This document shows positions 8,442-17,474 of a DNA stretch of 32,000 nucleotides, in pieces (positions within the stretch are counted from its first letter, which is position 1; every line of letters starts with the position of its first letter). Under the pieces are notes generated by a model. It was not told the DNA's origin. It did not search any database and saw only the letters and a program-made list of their open reading frames with translations. A program made the position numbers and the translations under genes. This DNA comes from Candidatus Iainarchaeum sp. Lineage in GTDB: Archaea > Iainarchaeota > Iainarchaeia > Iainarchaeales > CSSED10-239. The DNA is taken from positions 607,465-639,464 of the forward strand of contig JBBISB010000001.1 of the NCBI GenBank assembly GCA_037441475.1. Reading direction: 5' to 3'.

Positions 8442-9767
8442 ATGAAAAAAATAGTTTTAATTTTCTTAATGGTTATCTTAATATCAACAAACATCTTCTC
8501 CTTATCTTTGTTTGGAGCACAGGATATTTCAAGAAAATACCTTTCTGAAAATGACATGATAGATACCTTTACTCAACCTAAGATAGTTTGTGAAAAGAAA
8601 GATTACTTTGTAATACCAATCATTAATCCCTTAGGAGAGCCTGTTCTCTTCATCCCAATCTCAATTGAGAGCTCAGATCTTTTTTTAAGCAAAACAGATT
8701 CTTTTAATATAAAACTTATAAAAACAGGATACCTTGTAAAGCAATTAAGAAACTCAGACTCCAGTAACTATTTATCCCCTCAACTAATAGATAGAATAAA
8801 TTCTTTAATAACTTCCTTAAACTCAAAGAAAGCACAATTAAATGGTCTTTTACAAAAGAACTATTCTTTCCCTGTAAGGGAGCAGCTTACAAAAACTATA
8901 AACCAGATAGATGTTTTAATAGTCTATTTAACAGACTTAAAAGAAAACTCTTCCAATCTTTTAAACTCACAAAATAGTTTCTTATCCTCTCCTAACTGCG
9001 ACTCTACGGCTTCTTTACTTTCTTCCTTTGATACTTCTTTTGAAGGATATAAAGAGCTTTCACAAATTTCCTTACAGTACATACAATCAACTGAAGCTTT
9101 AGTTACAAGACTTGTTGCTGATGAAACAATACCTGCTCAAGAGATTTCAGGAATTGTGAGTGTAGCCTCTCCTCCACAAAACCTAAACTCACAGGTAAAT
9201 TACATTTTTGAAAGCTTTTCTTCTACCAGTGCCTTTTACTCCAAGCAATCAAATGACTTGAAGGGTGTTAATGGTGATAGAAAAATAAAAATATATATTG
9301 ATAATCTTTCTTTAAGAAAAGAAAGTGTTGATTTAAAAAATCTTTTAGAAAAATATGATCCTTCCTTTCCAAACTATTCAAACCTTGATTCTGTAGTTAA
9401 AACAATTTTAGATCAGCAGTATAGAACAAGCTGGGTTGAACAAACAGAAGTTGAAAATGTTTTTAAAACCTATAATGAGATTAACGAGCTTACAAAGAAT
9501 GCTAGATACTCAGATGCAATTACAAAGGTTTCTTCTTTAAAAAAATCAGCTTTAAAGGTCCTAGAATCAGGTTTAATGGAAGAAGAGCCAAATGAGATAA
9601 GTAATACCTTTTACTATATTTTTGTAGGTGTAATTATTTTAATGCTTATAATCTTTTTAATAATCATAAAAAAGAAAAGTAAAGAGAGACCTTCAGTTTA
9701 TAAAAAAGCAAAAACAAAGAAGGAGAGGGATGGTCTTTTTACTTACGACGATCCTTTAATTTTCTAA
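8442..9767 (+). CDS. Exported protein with signal peptide, coiled-coil/helical ectodomain and C-terminal TM anchor
   Basis: N-terminus MKKIVLIFLMVILISTNIFSLSLFGAQ; C-terminal TM YYIFVGVIILMLIIFLIIIKKK. Confidence 0.5.
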   Translation: MKKIVLIFLMVILISTNIFSLSLFGAQDISRKYLSENDMIDTFTQPKIVCEKKDYFVIPIINPLGEPVLFIPISIESSDLFLSKTDSFNIKLIKTGYLVKQLRNSDSSNYLSPQLIDRINSLITSLNSKKAQLNGLLQKNYSFPVREQLTKTINQIDVLIVYLTDLKENSSNLLNSQNSFLSSPNCDSTASLLSSFDTSFEGYKELSQISLQYIQSTEALVTRLVADETIPAQEISGIVSVASPPQNLNSQVNYIFESFSSTSAFYSKQSNDLKGVNGDRKIKIYIDNLSLRKESVDLKNLLEKYDPSFPNYSNLDSVVKTILDQQYRTSWVEQTEVENVFKTYNEINELTKNARYSDAITKVSSLKKSALKVLESGLMEEEPNEISNTFYYIFVGVIILMLIIFLIIIKKKSKERPSVYKKAKTKKERDGLFTYDDPLIF

Positions 9768-11771
9768 TTTTTCTTTTCTTTTATAGTCTCTTAAATATTT
9801 ATTAAACTCAAGATGGTCTTTTGGAGGGTTCTTTCTTAAACCTTCAATAAACTTTGTTCTGTTTGTAATTATTTCTGTCATCTTTGTTTTAGAAATATTA
9901 TGTTCATTACAGATTTCTTTTAAAACATCACTATTGTATACAAGAGGTGCCTCTTTTTGGAAAAGATCACTTTGGGAGGTTGCACTTTTCTCTGCAAATT
10001 TATCTGTTGATTTATAGATAGGGTTATACTCAATTTTACCTTCTTTTTTATTATACCTTCTAATTTCGTCTATCTCCTTAACTTCTCTGTGCCCTTCTTC
10101 CCCAATACCTGTAAAACCAGTTACAATAACTATATCAAGGCTTGTTAATAACGAAGGATCAAGAGATATTGGAGGTGTAGTTATTCTTGTAACCAAGGCT
10201 TCAACACTCTTTGAGTGAACAGTTGATAGAGAACAGTGACCTGAGGCCATACCCTGGAACATAAGAGACATCTCTTCTCCCCTTACTTCACCTATGATTA
10301 AGTAATCTGGTCTTTGTCTGAATGATTCTTTTAAAAGATCATTCATAGTAACTTCACCATATTTCTTACCATTCTGGTCAGGTGGTCCAAAACCTGTTCT
10401 TGTTATCTGTGGAATCCAGTTATCAAGCAAAAGATTAATTTCTCTAGTGTCCTCAATTGATACCACTCTTTGTGCATCTGGTATAAAGGAGGATATAACA
10501 TTTAAAAGTGTGGTTTTACCGCCAGCTGTTGGTCCTATAAGCACCATGTTTTTCTTAAACTCAATAAGTGTCCAAAGGTATGCAACAATCTCTGATGTAA
10601 CTGTCTTGGAGTTAACAATATCAATTGTTGTTAATGGTTTTTGTGGGAATTTTCTAATAGTGAAAGTAGGTCCTCTTGTGGAGACGTTTGTTGTAAGTGT
10701 TGCATTAACACGAGAACCGTCTGGCAGAATAGCATCTAAAAGAGGAGATGCATATGAAACATAACTTTTACAAAGGTGTGCCATCTTAATAATAAACTGT
10801 TGAAGTTCATTTTCAGATTCTAAAACTAAGTTAGTAACAATGTGTCCATATTTTCTATGAACAATGAAGATAGGTATACTTATACCATCACACTCAATAT
10901 CTTCAATTAATGGATCGTGCATAAGTGGTTCTATCTTATCAAGTCCACTTACTTGTCTTACAATATAATAAACAATCTTGTCTTTCTGTTCTTTTGAAAG
11001 CTTTACTTTGTTTCTTGTAAATATCTTTTCAACTAAGGTGTACATCTGTGATTCATCAGTTAAGTCTGCTAAGGATATCTTGTTTATTAAAGCATCTCTG
11101 GTGTCTTTTAATATCTTTTCTTCTTCAGCAGTAAGTTCAGGTTCTGCAACCACATATACTCTTTCATGTTCGTTCTCTCTAATAAAGGCATATGCAAAAC
11201 CATGTATCAAGACTTGATAATTTTCAGGTAACAGTTCCTTAGGTGGATCAAAGATTGGTCTTATATCTCCTGGAACAGAGGCTTTTTCTAAAGTTATTTT
11301 TTCTTCTTCTTTCTTTTTATTAAAGATTCTTGTAAATATACTTTCTTTTGTTTTTATAAGGTTTCTATCACTTGCTTCTTTTTGTTTTATGACCTCAACC
11401 TCAATTTTTGCTTCTTCTTTTTTAATAGTTTTTTCTTTAGCTGAGAAAAGTTCTTTAAAAAATTTATTAAAGCTTGATCTATTGTGTGCCTTATAGATAG
11501 GAATGTTTCTTTGTTCAAGTGATTTTGAAAATTCAGAAAAAGAGTTGTTACAATCAACAAAGGCATTGACTGCCTTAATGTCGATCTTCTTAGTTTCGTG
11601 GAATATTTTTTTTTCTTTAAGTCTAATAACTACATCTTTTGCAGTTATTTTTCCTTGAAAGTATTCTTCAAATATTTTTTTTTCTTCAATGTTTCTAGAG
11701 TCTTCTATAGTTTTTAGTTTATTGACTTTGTCTGTAAGTTCTTTTGTGACTTTTAAAGAAGGAAAAACCAT
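9756..11771 (-). CDS. Type II/IV secretion system ATPase (GspE/TadA/ArlI superfamily), 671 aa
   Basis: Walker A VLIGPTAGGKTTLLN, Asp box RVVSIEDTREI, Walker B PDYLIIGEVRGEE, His box GHCSLSTVHS. Confidence 0.93.
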   Translation of the reverse strand: MVFPSLKVTKELTDKVNKLKTIEDSRNIEEKKIFEEYFQGKITAKDVVIRLKEKKIFHETKKIDIKAVNAFVDCNNSFSEFSKSLEQRNIPIYKAHNRSSFNKFFKELFSAKEKTIKKEEAKIEVEVIKQKEASDRNLIKTKESIFTRIFNKKKEEEKITLEKASVPGDIRPIFDPPKELLPENYQVLIHGFAYAFIRENEHERVYVVAEPELTAEEEKILKDTRDALINKISLADLTDESQMYTLVEKIFTRNKVKLSKEQKDKIVYYIVRQVSGLDKIEPLMHDPLIEDIECDGISIPIFIVHRKYGHIVTNLVLESENELQQFIIKMAHLCKSYVSYASPLLDAILPDGSRVNATLTTNVSTRGPTFTIRKFPQKPLTTIDIVNSKTVTSEIVAYLWTLIEFKKNMVLIGPTAGGKTTLLNVISSFIPDAQRVVSIEDTREINLLLDNWIPQITRTGFGPPDQNGKKYGEVTMNDLLKESFRQRPDYLIIGEVRGEEMSLMFQGMASGHCSLSTVHSKSVEALVTRITTPPISLDPSLLTSLDIVIVTGFTGIGEEGHREVKEIDEIRRYNKKEGKIEYNPIYKSTDKFAEKSATSQSDLFQKEAPLVYNSDVLKEICNEHNISKTKMTEIITNRTKFIEGLRKNPPKDHLEFNKYLRDYKRKEKLEN

Positions 11772-11802
11772 ATTTCATCAATATTCCCTATAATGATTTA
11801 AT

Positions 11803-12153
11803 CTATTTAACTTCAGGACCGTTAACTGTTTCTGTCTTTTTATTATAAAGGTCCTTTAAAGTATTTAACTTGTCGCTAATATCGTTTATTGTCTCAGCAA
11901 TCTCGTTCCAGATTATCTTTCTTTGATTTGTATTGTCATCTAAGTTTTTCTGGTTAACTTCCTGCATTGTAGCATAAGTAAACTTTGTAATTTCTTCTTT
12001 TTCAAGCTTACTTTTTGTGTTTTTAATTTCATTAGCAATTGTTTCTTTATGTTCCTCAAGAGCTCTTAAAATCTCTAATTTTGCAACAATTCCATTACTT
12101 TTTGTAACAATGTTACCTATATTTTCTTTAATTTCGTTCATAATGACTAACAC
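11803..12153 (-). CDS. Small coiled-coil protein, unknown function
   Basis: Charged helical sequence, ORF immediately upstream of the ATPase gene on the same strand. Confidence 0.4.
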   Translation of the reverse strand: MLVIMNEIKENIGNIVTKSNGIVAKLEILRALEEHKETIANEIKNTKSKLEKEEITKFTYATMQEVNQKNLDDNTNQRKIIWNEIAETINDISDKLNTLKDLYNKKTETVNGPEVK

Positions 12154-12228
12154 CTTTTTAAAATTGTTTAATATAATATATTATAAATTATTAGTTCGTT
12201 TACTTTATAAAGCTATCTTTTTATAGGT

Positions 12229-12690
12229 TTATTCTCTTACAATCCTTTTTTCCTTATCATTATATATCTTAAAATAATACTTAAGCTTATCTTTTGAAGA
12301 GATATTAAAAGAGCATTCTCCAAAAAGAATATTTTCTAAAACCTCTGCCTTTTCTAAAACAATTGTTTCTTGATCATTAATAATTGAATAGTTAAGATCT
12401 TGAAAATTACTTAAATAATAGTAATCTCCATCAAAATAGATGTTACATATCTTACTATTATAGTTATTAGATTTAATATATTCTTTAAAAGAAACATTCA
12501 ATTGGTTTAAGTTACTTTCATCTATGTTATTCTCTGTAATATACTTTAGTTCATTTTGATAGTTTGAAAGGATAATTTGTGCTTTATTCTCCTTATAGTT
12601 AATATTTGTTGAAATTAAGAATAACATGGTTGTCATTATCATTATAATAACAGCAATTATAATGTATGTAAACCCTTTTTGTTTCTTCAT
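12229..12690 (-). CDS. Type IV pilin-like protein
   Basis: N-terminus MKKQKGFTYIIIAVIIMIMTTMLFLIS resembles a KGFT prepilin peptidase site followed by a hydrophobic helix; upstream of the ATPase gene in the same operon. Confidence 0.5.
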   Translation of the reverse strand: MKKQKGFTYIIIAVIIMIMTTMLFLISTNINYKENKAQIILSNYQNELKYITENNIDESNLNQLNVSFKEYIKSNNYNSKICNIYFDGDYYYLSNFQDLNYSIINDQETIVLEKAEVLENILFGECSFNISSKDKLKYYFKIYNDKEKRIVRE

Positions 12691-12696
12691 AAGTAT

Positions 12697-13068
12697 TTAA
12701 CTCCAGATTAATATGTTTAATGTCTTATTACTATCATAAAAATAATAGTTTACAGCATATAAAGCTGACTTTGAGGGAACAGTATCTCCAAAATTATTAC
12801 AGTTCTCCTGATTTTCTAAAAAATCACAAAGCACAATTGAAAAGTTAGTGTCCATGTAAGTGTAAAGAGAGTTATAGATTGCAGCTGCATTATCAGAAGA
12901 TACCATTTCTCTAAAACTATTTTCTTGTGCTTTTAAGCTAACAACCTCTGATATCTTATCAGTAATTATGTTTTCCTTGTAGTCGTTCTTTGTATAACTA
13001 CTAAAGAGAGTGATCATAAACATCAAGAGTATCATTATAGCCATAACAGCTTCAAGTGTTTTAATCAT
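12697..13068 (-). CDS. Small membrane-anchored protein, possible minor pilin-like component
   Basis: MIKTLEAVMAIMILLMFMITLFSSY N-terminal helix then a small ectodomain; 6-nt gap to the next pilin-like gene. Confidence 0.4.
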   Translation of the reverse strand: MIKTLEAVMAIMILLMFMITLFSSYTKNDYKENIITDKISEVVSLKAQENSFREMVSSDNAAAIYNSLYTYMDTNFSIVLCDFLENQENCNNFGDTVPSKSALYAVNYYFYDSNKTLNILIWS

Positions 13069-13074
13069 ATTTAT

Positions 13075-14067
13075 TTACCTTAGCATTCCATACATCATAT
13101 TCTCAACAATAGACATGTATTTTTCCTTATCATCCTCTTCTATCAAATACTCAGGAGGCATAGCATAATAGGCAACTCTGTTTGAGTTACTTAAAACTAT
13201 TAAAGGAAAGACACCTCGCTCTCCATAAGATACATTAGTATCTTTGAAAAGTCTTGACCCATAATCAAGTTTTAGAGGATTTGTCATTGGTTTTGTAACT
13301 TCAACTATTGCAAAGTCATCCTTTACCTCAAGATAACTTCTTAAACCATAAACATTAGGGTGATCTGAAGAGGGTATTAAAACACCGTTGTTTGAAAGTG
13401 GTCTTTTAAACTCCATTTGTAATCCTCCAGGAACAGTGTGTATCTTTGTTTCACAATCTTTAACCTGACAATAGTTTGTTAAATAGCTAACTCCTAGAAA
13501 ATCATCAAACCTTATCATGTAACCGTCTTTATCAAGTCTTGCCCACCCACTTATAATGTTTCCATCAAAACTACCTTCAACATCTCCTTTTGTAAGAAGC
13601 ATGTCCATTGAGGTTTCAGTTTCAGTTCCAGCATCTCCTATCCAGACTAGTCTTCCACCTTTTGCCACATAGTTTACAAACATCTCAAGTTTAGGTGTTG
13701 ATATCTTTCTTGATCTTGTAACAATTACCATTGCTTCTTTTTTAAGTTTTTCTTCACTAAGGTAGTTTATATTTTCAAGCCTCACGTTCATTCCAATAAT
13801 CTTATTATCCCTTATGGTTCTTTCAAGAAGGTAGGGGTTTCCAAGTCCTTCTTTATCTGCTGGGTTATAGACTATTAATATACTTGGTTGTTGTTTACCA
13901 GTAACAAGTGTCTGGGTTCCCCAATAAAGAGAGCACATGCCAGGTATATTTCTACATCTCATAGTTCCTGCCCACACAAATAGGTATAATAGTATTATCA
14001 CCATTAAAATAACAATTACAGTTTTCCAAATTAATTTTTTATTCATCATAATACCTTCTTTTATCAA
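13075..14067 (-). CDS. Membrane-anchored protein with a GATase/DUF4350-like extracytoplasmic domain
   Basis: N-terminal TM WKTVIVILMVIILLYLFVW; SILIVYNP... and FVNYVAKGGRLVWIGDAG resemble a Rossmann/GATase-like fold. Confidence 0.4.
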   Translation of the reverse strand: MIKEGIMMNKKLIWKTVIVILMVIILLYLFVWAGTMRCRNIPGMCSLYWGTQTLVTGKQQPSILIVYNPADKEGLGNPYLLERTIRDNKIIGMNVRLENINYLSEEKLKKEAMVIVTRSRKISTPKLEMFVNYVAKGGRLVWIGDAGTETETSMDMLLTKGDVEGSFDGNIISGWARLDKDGYMIRFDDFLGVSYLTNYCQVKDCETKIHTVPGGLQMEFKRPLSNNGVLIPSSDHPNVYGLRSYLEVKDDFAIVEVTKPMTNPLKLDYGSRLFKDTNVSYGERGVFPLIVLSNSNRVAYYAMPPEYLIEEDDKEKYMSIVENMMYGMLR

Positions 14068-14154
14068 AAATATATCTTTTCTTACATAAATTATATAAGA
14101 GTAAGTTATTTAATAGTTTTCTATATATATTATTACTGTAGAGGTGTTATTATT

Positions 14155-14319
14155 ATGAAACTTAAGCAAATGAAAAATACAAGTCAAGGCCCAAGCAGTG
14201 TTATTGGAATTATGAAGTTTAATGAAAGTTTATCTGGTTATAAGCTTTCTCCTGAATTGGTTATTGCTTTATCTGTTATTTTTGTAGTTGTTATTTTAGT
14301 TTTAAAACTTATAATTTAG
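14155..14319 (+). CDS. Preprotein translocase Sec61-beta (SecG-like) subunit, 54 aa
   Basis: Hand-translated; not in the supplied track: MKLKQMKNTSQGPSSVIGIMKFNESLSGYKLSPELVIALSVIFVVVILVLKLII*. Matches the archaeal Sec61-beta pattern (GxxxxxGxxxF..E...G.K.sP..V..l...F...V..L). GAGGTG RBS upstream. Confidence 0.85.
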   Translation: MKLKQMKNTSQGPSSVIGIMKFNESLSGYKLSPELVIALSVIFVVVILVLKLII

Positions 14320-15848
14320 TTAGGTTTTATTAAGACTTTAACAATTTCTTCTCTTCCTTCACTGGTCAGGTATTTTGAGGCTCTTTCAAGAAGCTTAAAA
14401 TTTCCTGCAAAGTTATATTCTCCAATTATTATTTCTTCTTTGTTATTGTATATCTTAATATAATACTCGTAACTGTTTTCTTCTTGGTATTTTTCAAGAG
14501 TTTTAATTATTTTTTCATAAGTTATTAATGTTTCTTTGTTTTTGTAGTTTCTAATAGTAGGATAAGTAACATCCTCTAGATTAAGTCTTAGTTTAATGAA
14601 TGTTTTTTCTTCACAAATTAATCTAAAGCCATCTGTTATTTCTTCATAGCTACATTCTGCACTTTTGTTATCACTATTAAAAAAATCAAGTCCAACATAT
14701 TTATTTAAAATTTCATTTTCTAAAACAACTTTGTTTGCACTTGTAAAAGAAATATTAAAATCAAGATTTAAATAAAAGTCTATATTTTCGTCAGCATCTG
14801 CAACTATTATCATTTCCGCAAGATTTGGAAAAATAACTGCTCTGTGTTTTTGAGTGCTGTCCTTTATTATCCCTGGTTTATTATCAGTAACAGAGGAGTT
14901 GTTTAAAGAGAGAGGATAAGTAATATCTATTCTCCCAATATTCTCTCTTTCAAGATGTGTTTCTATCTCAAGATTTTGACCATTAACAGTTACATCAAAA
15001 TAATTAGTTTCAACTAAATTTCCTGTTTTTTTAAGATAATTATCAGCATACACTTCAAAGCTACTTAAAAAATAAGCCTCTACATTTGTAATTATAATTT
15101 TTCCTTTATTAATTGATGTTTGGTTTAATGTATCTACCACATATCCATTTAATGTACAGTTAACAACTCCCTTGTAGTTACTTGAAATTGAAAGGTTAAC
15201 CCAAAGGTTTTCGTCCACATTAACATCAACTGTGTCTTTTAAAAAAAGTCCTGATGAATTTCTATCATAAAGGTTAAGGTTGTTTCCTGAAAGTTCACAT
15301 AATGAAAAATTATTTGTATTTACATAATTAAAAAAAATATTAACATCAAGTGGTTCAAAAATAAATTGAGAATAGAAATTTGAATATTCTTCTTTTGTCT
15401 CAATAGTTGTTTCTTGATAAGCATATGCTTCTCCCTTAAAACTAATAATTTCTCCTTCTTTTAAACTAAAGTTTCTAAGATTATTTTCATCTATAAAGTC
15501 TTCTTTGAAAAGTAAGGTTTTTGTATTTATCTGGTTTGAATCAAAGTTATAAAATTTTGCCTTTTGCTTTACTGTTCCATACGCCATATTATTGTCTAAG
15601 ATATAGTTTGTGTTTGCTCTTCCGTAATTATTATCAATTTCTAAAAAATAACTATATACCTTATTTTCATCTGTAGAAAAAATAGTATACACATCTATCT
15701 TTTCTATAAGATCAGAGTAAACCATTTTAGAGGTGTATATCTCTTCTTGGCTTGTAATATCAGGTAGAAATCTTGGTATGGCTGTAATAACTATTAATAC
15801 AACAAAAACAAATATCACAAAGGAAACTATCCAGTCAACATGCTCCAT
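14316..15848 (-). CDS. Large N-terminally anchored extracytoplasmic protein, unknown
   Basis: N-terminal TM VDWIVSFVIFVFVVLIVITAIPRFLP followed by a long beta-rich, Asn-rich ectodomain. Confidence 0.5.
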   Translation of the reverse strand: MEHVDWIVSFVIFVFVVLIVITAIPRFLPDITSQEEIYTSKMVYSDLIEKIDVYTIFSTDENKVYSYFLEIDNNYGRANTNYILDNNMAYGTVKQKAKFYNFDSNQINTKTLLFKEDFIDENNLRNFSLKEGEIISFKGEAYAYQETTIETKEEYSNFYSQFIFEPLDVNIFFNYVNTNNFSLCELSGNNLNLYDRNSSGLFLKDTVDVNVDENLWVNLSISSNYKGVVNCTLNGYVVDTLNQTSINKGKIIITNVEAYFLSSFEVYADNYLKKTGNLVETNYFDVTVNGQNLEIETHLERENIGRIDITYPLSLNNSSVTDNKPGIIKDSTQKHRAVIFPNLAEMIIVADADENIDFYLNLDFNISFTSANKVVLENEILNKYVGLDFFNSDNKSAECSYEEITDGFRLICEEKTFIKLRLNLEDVTYPTIRNYKNKETLITYEKIIKTLEKYQEENSYEYYIKIYNNKEEIIIGEYNFAGNFKLLERASKYLTSEGREEIVKVLIKPN

Positions 15849-16013
15849 ACTTTTTACCTTTTTTCTTTTCTAATAACATATAAATAATAAACATAAACTA
15901 TTTTATATATTATTATTTAATATATTATGACACATATATTATTATACCACACTATTTTATATGTTGCTGTTCAATATAATATATATAACATTTACTAAAA
16001 CAAGGTAAAATAC

Positions 16014-17468
16014 ATGGAAACTTTTGAAAAGAAAAACATTGTTAAAAACATTGGATGGCTTACTCTTTCAAAGATACTTGTTTATCTTCTATCAATCATA
16101 ACCATAACTGTTGTTCCAAGGTATCTTGGTGTTGAAGCTTATGGTCAACTTAACTTTGTTCTTTCTTTTTTAGGTCTCTTCTATATTTTAACAGACCTTG
16201 GTATTAATACCTTAATCTTTAGGGATGTTTCAAAGGATAAAAATAAGTTAAGTAGTTATTTTAATAATTTCTTATTATTTAAGATTACTTTATTTATTTT
16301 AGTTTCTATAATCATCTTACTTTTAACTTTGGTTTTAAATAAACCTTTAATCGTAAATCAACTTTTCTATCTTTTAATAGCTTATTTGTTTTTAGCAGTT
16401 ATTGCAGATTTCTTAATTGTCTTCTATAACTCAATGCAGGAAAATAAGTTTTATGCTATTTATGAGTTTTCTATGAAGTTTTTTTATGTTTTATTTTTAT
16501 TTATTGCTATTTATTTTAATCTTAGGTTAATAGGGGTTTTCTTAGCTCAGTTATTTTCTTTACTCGTATCTGTTTTAATAATAATTTATTTTTTTAAAAG
16601 GTATATTAAAAAAATAGATTTAAAATATAATCTTAGGTTAATAAAAATAAAGCTATACATCTCTTGGCCATTTGCTTTAAACTATTTGTTTTACAATATA
16701 TATTTTAATTTTGATAAAATATTTATTTCTTTAATAACAAATGATACAAATGTTGGGCTTTACTCTATCAGTTATTCTTTTTTAGGTTTTATAATGGCTG
16801 CTGTTGGTTTAATTTCTTTAGTTTTTTTCCCTGTTCTTTCCAAGCATTCTTTTTCTTCATCTTTACCTAACATTTATAACAAATACTTAAGGTTAGTTTT
16901 ATTAATCTCAGTTCCAATGTCTTTAGGGGCTATCCTTTTATCTAAAGAGATTATCACTCTTGTTTTTGGGGTAAGTTACTTGGGGGGAGACCTTCCTTTT
17001 AAGATAATAATGTTCTTTTGTTTAATATATTCTCTTAACATGACCTTTAATAATTTATTTTCAACCTATGGTTATGAAAAATATTTTTTAAAGCTTCTCT
17101 TTATAGCTACAATTTCAAATGTTGTTTTAAACATTATGATTATTCCTTTTTTAGGTATTGTTGGTGCTGCACTTACCACATTTCTTTCAGAAATAATAAT
17201 ATTAATTGGTTCTCTTATCTTTATTAAAAAAAAGATTCCTGGTCTTAAGATAATAGATAATTTTATCTATCCTCTTTTCTCAGGCCTTCTAATGGTTTTA
17301 GGTATCTTTGTGCTTAAGTTATTTACACCATCTGGTTTTCTTCAAAACAACTATGATGTTTTAATATATGTCTTCTTTGGTGCCATTATATATCTTCTGG
17401 CAATATTTTTGTTTAAGGTTATTAGAAAAGAAGATATTAAAGAAATTTTTTCTCTTATTAAAAAATAA
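16014..17468 (+). CDS. Polysaccharide biosynthesis / Wzx-type flippase (MATE-like), about 12-14 TM
   Basis: NIGWLTLSKILVYLLSIITITVVPRYLGVEAYGQLNFVLSFLGLFYILTDLGINTLIFRDVS is typical of Wzx/RfbX N-termini. Confidence 0.85.
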   Translation: METFEKKNIVKNIGWLTLSKILVYLLSIITITVVPRYLGVEAYGQLNFVLSFLGLFYILTDLGINTLIFRDVSKDKNKLSSYFNNFLLFKITLFILVSIIILLLTLVLNKPLIVNQLFYLLIAYLFLAVIADFLIVFYNSMQENKFYAIYEFSMKFFYVLFLFIAIYFNLRLIGVFLAQLFSLLVSVLIIIYFFKRYIKKIDLKYNLRLIKIKLYISWPFALNYLFYNIYFNFDKIFISLITNDTNVGLYSISYSFLGFIMAAVGLISLVFFPVLSKHSFSSSLPNIYNKYLRLVLLISVPMSLGAILLSKEIITLVFGVSYLGGDLPFKIIMFFCLIYSLNMTFNNLFSTYGYEKYFLKLLFIATISNVVLNIMIIPFLGIVGAALTTFLSEIIILIGSLIFIKKKIPGLKIIDNFIYPLFSGLLMVLGIFVLKLFTPSGFLQNNYDVLIYVFFGAIIYLLAIFLFKVIRKEDIKEIFSLIKK

Positions 17469-17474
17469 TTTCTT

